Source: an uncultured Ideonella sp. (GTDB lineage: Bacteria > Pseudomonadota > Gammaproteobacteria > Burkholderiales > Burkholderiaceae_C). Taken from it: a DNA stretch of 64,000 nucleotides. The stretch is taken from the NCBI GenBank assembly GCA_966433995.1, contig CBJNAE010000001.1:7190-71189 (forward strand), given 5' to 3'. The number at the start of each line of letters is the position of its first letter. Position 1 is the first letter of the stretch. The notes beneath the pieces are model-generated. The model made no database searches, was not told the DNA's origin, and saw only the letters and a list, made by a program, of their open reading frames with translations. The position numbers and the translations under genes were made by a program. Shown piece after piece: positions 37,341 to 45,820 of the stretch.

Positions 37341-38456
37341 TTGCCACCGATGAGCGCCATTGCCTCCCCTTCGCCGCTGAACCTGTCCATCGTCGTCCCG
37401 ACGTTCAATGAGTCCGGAAACGTCGCCGAGCTGCTGAGGCGGCTGGAGCAGGCGCTGGGCCCCACCGGCTGGGAGGCGATCTTCGTCGACGACGACTCGC
37501 CCGACGGTACCGCGCGCACGGTGCGCGCCGTCGCCGTGCGCGACCCCCGGGTGCGGTGCCTGCAACGCATCGGGCGCCGCGGCCTGTCGTCCGCCTGCAT
37601 CGAGGGCATCCTGGCTTCGGCCGCGCCGGCGATCGCCGTCATCGACGCCGACCTGCAGCACGACGAATCCATCCTGCCGGCCATGCTCGACAAGGTCCGC
37701 CAAGGGGCGGACATCGTCGTCGGCACGCGCTACGCGGACGGCGGCAGCACCGGCGAATGGGACGCGTCGCGCAAATCCATGAGCCTGCTGGCCACGCGTT
37801 TGAGCCGGCTGATCCTCAAGCAGGAAGTCTCCGACCCGATGAGCGGTTTTTTCATGCTGCGCCGCGAGGTGCTGGAGGACAACGTCCACCGCTTGTCGGC
37901 GATGGGCTTCAAGATCCTGCTGGACCTGCTGGCCAGCGCCCAGGCGCCGCTGAAGATCGCCGAAGTGCCCTACCGCTTCCGCGACCGCCACAGCGGCGAG
38001 AGCAAGCTCGACGGCATGGTGATGTGGGAGTACGCCATGCTGCTGGCCGACAAAACCGTCGGGCGCTACGTGCCGGTGCGCTTCCTGGCCTTCTCGCTCA
38101 TCGGCGGCCTGGGCGTGGTGGTGCACTTCGCCCTGCTCACATTGGCCTTGAAAGGCCTGGGCGCCGGTTTCCCCGCCGCCCAGTCGGTGGCCACTGGTCT
38201 GTCGATGGTCTTCAACTTCGCGCTGAACAACGCCTTGACCTACCGCGACCGCCGGCTCAAGGGCTGGCGCTGGTGGGGCGGGCTGGCCAGCTTCGTGGCC
38301 GCCTGCAGCGTCGGCGCGGTGGCCAACATCGGCATCGCGACCTACCTCTTCGAACACCGCACCGAATGGGCACTGGCCGCGCTGGCCGGCATCCTGGTGG
38401 GCGCCGTGTGGAACTACGCCGTCACCCAGCTCTATACCTGGGGCAAGAAGAAATAA
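37341..38456 (+). CDS. GT2 polyprenol-phosphate glycosyltransferase (GtrB/ArnC/Dpm1-like) fused to a C-terminal GtrA-like 4-TM domain
   Basis: LSIVVPTFNESGNV...FVDDDSPDGT...IDADLQHD...PMSGFF (GT2 motifs). The C-terminal RFLAFSLIGGLGVVVHFALL...NFALNNALTYRD...WNYAVTQLYTW is GtrA-like. An alternative ATG lies at 37350. Confidence 0.82.
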   Translation: MPPMSAIASPSPLNLSIVVPTFNESGNVAELLRRLEQALGPTGWEAIFVDDDSPDGTARTVRAVAVRDPRVRCLQRIGRRGLSSACIEGILASAAPAIAVIDADLQHDESILPAMLDKVRQGADIVVGTRYADGGSTGEWDASRKSMSLLATRLSRLILKQEVSDPMSGFFMLRREVLEDNVHRLSAMGFKILLDLLASAQAPLKIAEVPYRFRDRHSGESKLDGMVMWEYAMLLADKTVGRYVPVRFLAFSLIGGLGVVVHFALLTLALKGLGAGFPAAQSVATGLSMVFNFALNNALTYRDRRLKGWRWWGGLASFVAACSVGAVANIGIATYLFEHRTEWALAALAGILVGAVWNYAVTQLYTWGKKK

Positions 38457-38700
38457 ATCGGCGACAACCCTTTGAGGCGGTGGGTCTTGGGCCGTGGTTG
38501 CGCCGTCGACCGTCCGCGCGGCGGCCGAAAACTTTCGGGAAACCCTTCGCAGGCCGCATGCCCGCATGCTTTGCGGGCACGCGGCCAGCCGTTCGAACAA
38601 GCCGCCCGGCGTGGCGGTCGGTTGATCGGTGTGCCGCTATTCGTAACAAACGCACACTTCGAGCGCATCCCGCTACAGTGTGTTTGTAACTACCGCGCAC

Positions 38701-39471
38701 ATGTTCGAATCCACGATTCCCCAAGGCCAGCCGGAGCTGCTTCGCGAAAGCGGATACCGGCGTTACCTCGACGAAGCCGAGTCGCAGTCGCCGCGGCTGG
38801 GTGCCGACGTGGTGCTGGGCTCGCGGCTGTCGTCGCTCAGCCCTTCGCTGCAAGCCGACCTGCAGCGGGACGAGCACCGGCGCGCGGCGGGCGAGCCCCT
38901 GTGCGTGCTGGAAGTTCTGGCGGCCTGCGTGAGGCACGCCAAGCGGGTCACCATCCATTTTTGCTGCGTCGACAAGGTGGTGCCGCTGACGATGTTTCCG
39001 CACCAGCAGCAAGTGCACTGCCCGGTGCACCTGGCCGAACTGTGCGGGATGCCGCTGAACCTGCTGCGGGTGATGCACGTGGAGCCGGCGGTGCTGCAGC
39101 ACCCCACCGACGGCAACGCCCAGTTGCTCGGCGAAACCGACCACTACGCCCCGCTGGCGGCCTGGCTGTGGGCGATGGCTTGGCACGGGCCCCGCACCGC
39201 GCTGTTGCCCGAGATTTCCGGCCATGCGGCCTACCGGCTGAACCCCGGCCTGGATTGGGAACGGCTGCCGATGGACCCCGAACTGCGCACCGCGGTGCGC
39301 CGCCTGCGCCAGGGTTCCGCCAACCTGCGGGAACTCGTCGAATGGCCCGGCCTGTCGCGCGAGCGCGCCGGCCGGCTGCTCAACGGCCTGTACCTGCAGG
39401 CCGGCCTGATCGTCAGCCGCAGCCACCCCGTGGCCGCGGAGTCGTCCTGGTTCGGCGCCCTGGGCCTTTGA
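38701..39471 (+). CDS. hypothetical protein, unassigned family (paralog A of 40747-41532)
   Basis: MFESTIPQGQPELL...LSSLSPSLQADLQR...AACVRHA...TIHFCC...VHCP...LAAWLWAMAWHG...SANLRELVEWPGLSRERAGRLLNGLYLQAGLIVSRSH. GTG 38680 is an alternative start. The reading frame has coding-like third-position GC. I recognise no family. Confidence 0.6.
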   Translation: MFESTIPQGQPELLRESGYRRYLDEAESQSPRLGADVVLGSRLSSLSPSLQADLQRDEHRRAAGEPLCVLEVLAACVRHAKRVTIHFCCVDKVVPLTMFPHQQQVHCPVHLAELCGMPLNLLRVMHVEPAVLQHPTDGNAQLLGETDHYAPLAAWLWAMAWHGPRTALLPEISGHAAYRLNPGLDWERLPMDPELRTAVRRLRQGSANLRELVEWPGLSRERAGRLLNGLYLQAGLIVSRSHPVAAESSWFGALGL

Positions 39472-39590
39472 CGCCCGTGGCAGCCATTGCACAATCCGTG
39501 TAAGGAAAGACAGCGCGGCGCTGTCTCGGGCCAACGCCGCCGGCCACACCCCGGCCCGGGCTTGCTTTCCGTATCGACAAGCCCCGTCAC

Positions 39591-40097
39591 ATGAAAAAAA
39601 TCATCCTGGTCATCATCGCGGTCGCCGCCGGCGGCTGGTGGCACTTCATCGGCTCCCGCAAGCTGGACGCCGCGCTCGTCGAACAGTTCTACCGCGACCT
39701 GGAACACGCCACGCTCAGCCGGCAGCCCGACAACCTCTGCGCATTGCTGGCCGACGACTTCCACTCGACCAGCACCGTGCTGATGGGCGGCGCCAGCCGC
39801 AGCGACACCGCGGGCAAGGAGGCGTCCTGCGAGGCCTACCGCGGCATGTACGACGCCTGGGACAAGATCGGCCAGCGCATGGGCGGCATCGTGCAGCTGG
39901 ATTCGAAATACGAGATCCACCGCATCGACATCTCCAGGGACGGCAGGACCGCCACGGTGGACTTCAGCAGCTCGCTCGATGTCGCCGGCTCGCTGATGAA
40001 CATCCGCTCCCGCAGCACCGACACCCTGGTGCGCAGGAACGGCAAGGTGCTGATGCTGCGCAGCGAAGGCCGCGGCTCGATCGGCTCCGGCGGCTGA
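39591..40097 (+). CDS. membrane-anchored NTF2/SnoaL-like fold protein (hypothetical)
   Basis: N-terminal anchor MKKIILVIIAVAAGGWW, then a ~130-aa alpha+beta region (FYRDLEHATLSRQPDNLCALLADDF...YEIHRIDISRDGRTATVDF...LVRRNGKVLML) resembling SnoaL/DUF4440-type domains. Confidence 0.55.
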   Translation: MKKIILVIIAVAAGGWWHFIGSRKLDAALVEQFYRDLEHATLSRQPDNLCALLADDFHSTSTVLMGGASRSDTAGKEASCEAYRGMYDAWDKIGQRMGGIVQLDSKYEIHRIDISRDGRTATVDFSSSLDVAGSLMNIRSRSTDTLVRRNGKVLMLRSEGRGSIGSGG

Positions 40098-40183
40098 GCA
40101 GGCCTGCGCGTGGCGGACAATGCGGGCGCCGCGCAACCCGATCCGCGCCGCGGCACCCCGACACACAGCCAGAAAGGGCCCCC

Positions 40184-40405
40184 ATGACCGCCACCCGGAT
40201 CATCGCCATCCTCCTCATCGTCGCCGGCGGGCTGGGCCTGGCCTACGGCGGCTTCAGCTACACGAAAGACACCACGGCCGTGAAGCTCGGCCCCATCGAG
40301 CTGTCGGTGAAAGAGAAAGAGACGGTCAACATCCCGATGTGGGCCGGCATCGCCGCCATCGTGGTCGGCGGCCTGCTGTTGGCGGCCGGCGGCAAAAAGG
40401 GCTGA
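40184..40405 (+). CDS. small two-TM membrane protein (73 aa; DUF3185-like topology)
   Basis: MTATRIIAILLIVAGGLGLAYGG...IPMWAGIAAIVVGGLLLAAGGKKG has two hydrophobic helices flanking a ~25-aa loop. The ATG has a purine-rich upstream stretch, AGAAAGGG. Confidence 0.55.
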   Translation: MTATRIIAILLIVAGGLGLAYGGFSYTKDTTAVKLGPIELSVKEKETVNIPMWAGIAAIVVGGLLLAAGGKKG

Positions 40406-40746
40406 AGAAAACCGAATTTCCATGGCGAGCGGCCTCGGCCGTAGCTAAAAGTGTTCGCCGCCGGCCGGCCCGGCACGACCGGGACAAGCGACGGCAGGTT
40501 CCAAGATGTTGCATCGCAACATGCCCTTGAGGCGCCGGCCGGCCCGGCACCCCCGCGCAAACCCGCGCACCGCCTGGGTCTGAGCCGCAAACGCCTGGGG
40601 CGCCTGTGGCGCCCGGGGCCCGGTGTCGGGAAGTGCGCCGCAGCCTGGCGCAAGGGCCCGCGCGGCCTATGCCGGAGACACGCTTGGTCACACCGGCACC
40701 GTGGCCCTGGGGTACAACTCCGCCTCCTTCCACATCGACGACGATT

Positions 40747-41532
40747 TTGACGACGCAATTCGAGTCCACCATTCCGCAAAGCCAAGCTGACCTGATGAGC
40801 GTCAGCAGCTATGAGCGCTACCTCGAAGACCTGGAAGAGTCGCCATGGATGGACATGGGCGTGGTGCTGGGCACCCGGCTGTCGGGGCTCAGCCCCTCGC
40901 TGTTGGCGGACCTCCAGCGCTACGAGGACAAGCGCTATGCGCGCGGCGGCGGCGGCACCCTCGACCTGCTGGAGGTCATGGCCGCCTGCGTGCGCCATGC
41001 CGGCGCGGTCACGATCCACTGCTCGTGGAACGAACTGGCCGTGCCATTGACCGTCTTCCCCCAGCAGCATTGGGTGCATTGCCCGCTGTCGCTCTCCGAC
41101 TTGGTGCCCGACGGCCTGCCGCAGTTGCGGGTGCTGCATGTCGAGCCTGCCCTGATGCAGCCCCCTTGCGAGGAGAACGGCTTGCGCATGAGGGCGGTCG
41201 ACGCGAACGCCGCGCTGGCCGCCTGGCTGTGGGCCCTGGCCTGGCACGGCAACCGCGCCCGGCTGCTGCCCGAGATCGCGGGGCGGGCGGTCTACCGCAT
41301 CGGCCCCGGCAGCGAATGGGAGCGCCTGCCCATGGACGAAGACCTGCGAGCGGCCGTGCAGCGCCTGCGGCTGGACAGCGCCAACCTGCGGGACCTGTCG
41401 GAGTGGCCCGGCATGGACAAAGAGCGCGCGGTCCGGCTGCTCAACGCCATTTACCTGCAGGCCGGGCTGATCATCAGCCGCTCGCACCGCGAGGCCTTCA
41501 GCGAGTCCTGGTGGGGCGGCCTGGGCAGGTGA
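40747..41532 (+). CDS. hypothetical protein, unassigned family (paralog B of 38701-39471)
   Basis: (TTG)TTQFESTIPQSQADL...LSGLSPSLLADLQR...AACVRHA...TIHC...VHCP...LAAWLWALAWHG...SANLRDLSEWPGMDKERAVRLLNAIYLQAGLIISRSH. The TTG start was chosen because the FESTIPQ N-terminus is shared with paralog A. ATG 40795 is an alternative. Confidence 0.6.
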   Translation: MTTQFESTIPQSQADLMSVSSYERYLEDLEESPWMDMGVVLGTRLSGLSPSLLADLQRYEDKRYARGGGGTLDLLEVMAACVRHAGAVTIHCSWNELAVPLTVFPQQHWVHCPLSLSDLVPDGLPQLRVLHVEPALMQPPCEENGLRMRAVDANAALAAWLWALAWHGNRARLLPEIAGRAVYRIGPGSEWERLPMDEDLRAAVQRLRLDSANLRDLSEWPGMDKERAVRLLNAIYLQAGLIISRSHREAFSESWWGGLGR

Positions 41533-41559
41533 CGGGCCCGGCCCGGCGGCGTGATACCT

Positions 41560-42555
41560 TCAATCGGGTTTGATCTTGGCGCGGGCGATCACCGGCTTCC
41601 AGCGTTCCTGCTCGGCCTTGATGAACCTGGCGAAATCGGCCGGGCTGTCGCCGACGGCGATCGCGGCGTCGGTCTCCAGCAGTTTCATTGCCGCCGGCTC
41701 CTTGACCGACTTGGCGGCCGCGGCGGCGAGCCGTTCCAGGTTCGGCGGCGCCAGGTTGGCCGGTGCGAGCAGGCCGTACCACTGCGTCATCTCGAAGCCG
41801 GGGAAGCCCTGCTCGGCCACCGTCGGCACGTCGGGCAGCTGCGGTATGCGCTGCGGCGTGCCGGTGCCGATGCAGCGCAGCTTGCCGCTGCGGATGAACT
41901 GCAGCACCGCCGGCGCGCCTACCGCGGCCGCTTCGAGCCGGCCGCCCATCAGGTCGGTCAATTGCGGGCCGGTGCCGCGGTAGGGCACGTGCAGGATGAA
42001 GGTGTTGCTGGCCATCTTCAAATACTCGAAAGCCAGGTGGCCGGCGCTGCCGTTGCCGGCCGAGCCGTAGTTCAGCGTGCCGGGCTTGGCCTTGGCCAGG
42101 GCGATGAATTCTTTCAAGTCCTTGACCGGCAGGTCGGGACGCACCACATACAGGCTGGGCACTTTGGCCAACAGCGAGACCGGCTTGAAATCCTTGACCG
42201 GGTCGTAGGGCAGTTTCGGAAAGATGAAGGGGTTGACCGCCAGCGTGCCGATGTGGCCGAGGATGAGGGTGTGCTGGTCGTCCGCGCGCGCCACTTCGCC
42301 CATCGCCAGGTTGCCAGCCGCGCCGGGCTTGTTGTCGACGAAGACGCTCTGCCCGAGCAGCTTGGACATCTCGGTGGCGGTCGCGCGGGCGACGATCTCC
42401 GAGCTGCCGCCGGCCGCGAAAGGCACGACGAAGCGCACCGCCTTGGACGGCCAGGCCTGGGCGCCCGCCCGGGGCCAGGCCGCCGCAGCGCCGAGGCCGG
42501 CGGCCAGGCGCCACAGGGCGTCGCGGCGGGTGGGTTGGGGTGTGTTGTCGCTCAT
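41560..42555 (-). CDS. Bug/TctC-family tripartite tricarboxylate transporter substrate-binding protein
   Basis: Tat-like signal TRRDALWRLAAGLGAAAA, then WPSKAVRFVVPFAAGGSSEIVAR...VDNKPGAAGNLA...NYGSAGNGSAGHL. Confidence 0.88.
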   Translation of the reverse strand: MSDNTPQPTRRDALWRLAAGLGAAAAWPRAGAQAWPSKAVRFVVPFAAGGSSEIVARATATEMSKLLGQSVFVDNKPGAAGNLAMGEVARADDQHTLILGHIGTLAVNPFIFPKLPYDPVKDFKPVSLLAKVPSLYVVRPDLPVKDLKEFIALAKAKPGTLNYGSAGNGSAGHLAFEYLKMASNTFILHVPYRGTGPQLTDLMGGRLEAAAVGAPAVLQFIRSGKLRCIGTGTPQRIPQLPDVPTVAEQGFPGFEMTQWYGLLAPANLAPPNLERLAAAAAKSVKEPAAMKLLETDAAIAVGDSPADFARFIKAEQERWKPVIARAKIKPD

Positions 42556-42614
42556 GGCGGGTCTCCTTGGTTGGGTCGGTGGCTTGCCGCGCGCGGGGGC
42601 AAAGGGCGGGCCGC

Positions 42615-43631
42615 TCACCGGGTGGGGTGTTTCATCAATCCGAATTCATCGGCCAGCCGCCGGTAGGCCTGCACTTGGCGCCGCACGTGCTCGTCCAGCG
42701 CCTGGCCGGTCAGCGCCAGCGGGGACAGGCCGCGCTCGGCGCGCAGGCGCGCATAGGCGGGGCTGTCCAGCATCTTCTGGAAGGCGCCGCGCCAGGCGGC
42801 GACGTCCGCGTCGCCCACGCCGGGGGCCATGTAGAAGCCCCGCGGGATCGGCCACTGGACGTCGAAGCCTTCCTCCCTGGCCGTCGGCACGCCGGACAGG
42901 GGACCGGGCAGGCGGCTGTCGGACAGCACCGCGAGCATCTGCAGGCCCGGATCCGCCGACAGCAGCGCCGTCGATTCGGAGGCGTCGCCCATGACGGCGT
43001 CCACATGCCCGCCCTGCATCGCGGCGATCGCCTCGCCGCCGCCTTCGAAAGCGACGTAGCGCAGGGCTTTGTGGTGGACGCCGGCGGCGCGCGCGGCGAG
43101 CGCGGCCTTCATCCAGTCCTGGCTGCCCACGGCGCCGCCGCCGCCGAAGACGATTTTGTTGGGGTCGGCCTTGAGCGCGGCCAGCAGGTCTTTCAGCGAC
43201 CGGTGGGGCGATCGCCGCGACACCATCACCGCGCCGTGGTCCATGCCGACCGCCGCGAGCCAACGCACGTCGGCCTCGCCGCGGGGGCCGAACTTGCCCT
43301 GCGCCAGGTTCAGCAGCGTGCCGCCGGAGAACGCGACGATGGCGTTGGGCCGCGGCGGCCGCTGCGACACGACGGTGTTGAAGGCGATCGCGCCGATGCC
43401 GCCGGGCAGGTAGGTCAGGCGCATCGGACCGCCGATCAACCGGCCCTCCGCCAGCGCGGCCTGGGCGAGTTTGCAGGTCAGGTCGAAGCCGCCGCCGGCT
43501 TTGGCGCCGACGATGCATTCGCTGCCGTCGAGCGGGCCCGCGCCCGCCGGCGCCGCCATGGCCAGACACCAGGCGGCCAGGCCGTTTGCCAAGCGGTTTG
43601 CCAGGCGGTGGGTTCGGCGCATGGTCTGCAT
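42615..43631 (-). CDS. tctC: TctC-type tricarboxylate-binding periplasmic protein
   Basis: ECIVGAKAGGGFDLTCK...YLPGGIGAIAFN...FGGGGAVGSQDWMK...GVPTAREEGFDV. It lies adjacent to the TctE/TctD-like two-component genes. Confidence 0.8.
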   Translation of the reverse strand: MQTMRRTHRLANRLANGLAAWCLAMAAPAGAGPLDGSECIVGAKAGGGFDLTCKLAQAALAEGRLIGGPMRLTYLPGGIGAIAFNTVVSQRPPRPNAIVAFSGGTLLNLAQGKFGPRGEADVRWLAAVGMDHGAVMVSRRSPHRSLKDLLAALKADPNKIVFGGGGAVGSQDWMKAALAARAAGVHHKALRYVAFEGGGEAIAAMQGGHVDAVMGDASESTALLSADPGLQMLAVLSDSRLPGPLSGVPTAREEGFDVQWPIPRGFYMAPGVGDADVAAWRGAFQKMLDSPAYARLRAERGLSPLALTGQALDEHVRRQVQAYRRLADEFGLMKHPTR

Positions 43632-43669
43632 GCACCGCACTCTAGGCCGAAGCCGCTTTCGCGAGCCTT

Positions 43670-45103
43670 TCAATCCGGGACCGGAACCGTCGGTGAAAAC
43701 CCGGCCGGCAGCTCGATGCAAGCGACCAGGCCGCCGCCGTCGGCGTTGGAAAGGCGCAGCGTGCCGCCATGCCGCTCGGCGATCGACTTGGCGATCGCCA
43801 GGCCCAGCCCCGAGCCGGGCGCCACCGCGCCGGCGCCGCGGAAGAAGCGCTCGCCGGCGCGGGCGAGGTCCCCGGCGGACATGCCGGGGCCGGTGTCTGC
43901 GAACTGGACGCGCGCCAGGCCCGCCCGGCGTTCGAGCTTCACCGTGACCTGGCCGCCGGCGGGCGTGTGGCGCAAGGCGTTGTGGACCAGGTTGGCCAGG
44001 GCCTCCTGGAGCAGGCCGGCGTCCGCCGCGGGCAAGCACAGGGCGGCCGCGCCGGGCTCGAAGCCGAGGTCGACGCCGCGTTCGCGCGCGGCCGGCCACC
44101 AGGCGCGCGCCACGTCTTCGGCCAACGCCGACAGGTCGACGGCTTCCCGGCCCGGCGCCGCGCTGTCGGCCCGCGCCAGCGACAGCATCTGGTTGGCCAG
44201 CCGGACGGTATCGTCGAGCAGGGACTTCATCGCCGCCAGCGCCTCGCGCGAACGCCCCGGGTCGGGCTCGCGCAGCGCGAAGCCGGCCTGGGTCAGCAAG
44301 GTGGCCAGCGGCGTGCGCAGCTGGTGCGACGCGTCGTCGACGAAGCGGCGCTGGGCTTCGGACAGCTCGCGGTTGCGCTCGAGGTGGTGGTTGATGGCGT
44401 CGACCAGCGGCCTCACGTCGGCCGGCACGCGCGTGGCGTGGATCGGCGACAGGTCGGCCGGCGCGCGCGCGCCGACTTCGTCGCGCAGGGCGGCCAGCGG
44501 GCGCAGCGCCCAGCCGATGGCCGCCGCCAGCAGCAGCGCGGCCAGGGCGATCAGCGACAAGTCGCGCCGCACCGCCTGCAGGATGAGCGCCCGGGTGAAG
44601 GCTTCGCGCGCGGACAGGCTCTCCGCCACCTGGATCACGACCCGCTGCGCCGGGGCACCGCCGCCGTCGCCGGCCAGGGCCGGATCGAGCCGGCGCGCAT
44701 ACGAACCGACGCGCACCGGCTCGCCGAAGTAGACCGCGTCGGCGAACTGCGGCTTCCCGGTCGACAGGGGCCGCGGCGGAGCGGGCAAGTCGGCGCTGCC
44801 GATCTCCACCAGGCCGTCTTCGGTGGCCACGCGGTAGTAGACCCTGCCGTCGGCGGTGAGCTCGAAAAATTCGAGCATGCGGTAGGGCAGCTCGACGGAC
44901 AAGCCGCCGCTCTCGGTGGAGATGTTGGCGTCGATCGACTTGATCGCGCCGAGCAGCGAGCGGTCGTAGGCCGCGTCGGCGGCTTCGGCGGCGGTGCGCC
45001 AGGTCAACCCGACCTCGGCCGCCGCCACCAGCAGCATCGCCGGCACCAGGACGGCCAGCAGCGTGCGGCGCAGGCTCATGCGGTGCAGGGCGCCGGGCTT
45101 CAA
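43670..45103 (-). CDS. tctE: sensor histidine kinase (TctE-like)
   Basis: Two TM segments and a periplasmic domain with AYDRSLLGAIKSID...LPYRMLEFFE. It also has an H-box, FVDDASHQLRTPLA, and N/G boxes NALRHTP and DTGPGM...GLGLAI. Confidence 0.85.
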   Translation of the reverse strand: MKPGALHRMSLRRTLLAVLVPAMLLVAAAEVGLTWRTAAEAADAAYDRSLLGAIKSIDANISTESGGLSVELPYRMLEFFELTADGRVYYRVATEDGLVEIGSADLPAPPRPLSTGKPQFADAVYFGEPVRVGSYARRLDPALAGDGGGAPAQRVVIQVAESLSAREAFTRALILQAVRRDLSLIALAALLLAAAIGWALRPLAALRDEVGARAPADLSPIHATRVPADVRPLVDAINHHLERNRELSEAQRRFVDDASHQLRTPLATLLTQAGFALREPDPGRSREALAAMKSLLDDTVRLANQMLSLARADSAAPGREAVDLSALAEDVARAWWPAARERGVDLGFEPGAAALCLPAADAGLLQEALANLVHNALRHTPAGGQVTVKLERRAGLARVQFADTGPGMSAGDLARAGERFFRGAGAVAPGSGLGLAIAKSIAERHGGTLRLSNADGGGLVACIELPAGFSPTVPVPD

Positions 45104-45113
45104 CGCCGTCGCC

Positions 45114-45794
45114 TCAGGCCGCCGGCGGGAGCGCTTCTTCGAGCAGGTAGCCCAGCCCGCGCAGCGTGGCGATGCGCACCGGGCTGTGCTCCAGGCGCTT
45201 GCGCAGGCGGTGGACCAGCACTTCGACAGCGTCCAGCTGCACCTCGGATTCGCCGGGGAAGACGCGCTCGGCGATCTCGCGTTTGGACAGCGGCTCGCCG
45301 CTGCGCTCGATCAAGGCCTTGAGCAGCGCGTGTTCGCGCGGCGTGAGCGGCAGGGCCCGGCCCGACAGCTCGAAACGCTTGGCCGCGCCGTCGTAGGTCA
45401 GCGGGCCGCAGGCCGGCTTCGGCCGGTCGCCGCCGCGGGCGCGCCGCACCAGCGCGAGCAGCCGCGCTTCCAGCTCGGCCAGCTCGAAGGGCTTGGCGAG
45501 GTGGTCGTCGGCGCCGCCGCGCAGCGTGGCCACGCGCTCGGCCAGCGAGTCGCGCGCCGTCAGCACGAGGATGGGCAGCCGCTCGCCGGCCTCCCGCAGC
45601 CCGGCGATGACGCTGTGGCCGTCCAGGCCGGGCAGGCCCAGGTCGAGGATGAGCGCGTCGTAGGCCGCTTCTTTCAGGCGCCGCCGCACCAGGCGGCCGT
45701 CCATCACCCAGTCGGCGTGCAGTCCGCTTTGCGCCAGGGCCCGGGTCAGCCAGCCGCCCAGCTCCGCGTCGTCCTCCGCCAGCAGCAGCCGCAT
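45114..45794 (-). CDS. tctD: OmpR-family response regulator (TctD-like)
   Basis: MRLLLAEDDAELG...LILDLGLPGLDG...KPF (receiver domain) plus a winged-helix C-terminus LTPREHALLKALIE...VEVLVHRLRKRL...TLRGLGY. Confidence 0.9.
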   Translation of the reverse strand: MRLLLAEDDAELGGWLTRALAQSGLHADWVMDGRLVRRRLKEAAYDALILDLGLPGLDGHSVIAGLREAGERLPILVLTARDSLAERVATLRGGADDHLAKPFELAELEARLLALVRRARGGDRPKPACGPLTYDGAAKRFELSGRALPLTPREHALLKALIERSGEPLSKREIAERVFPGESEVQLDAVEVLVHRLRKRLEHSPVRIATLRGLGYLLEEALPPAA

Positions 45795-45820
45795 GGTGAG
45801 TGGCCTGCGGAGGGAAGCCG

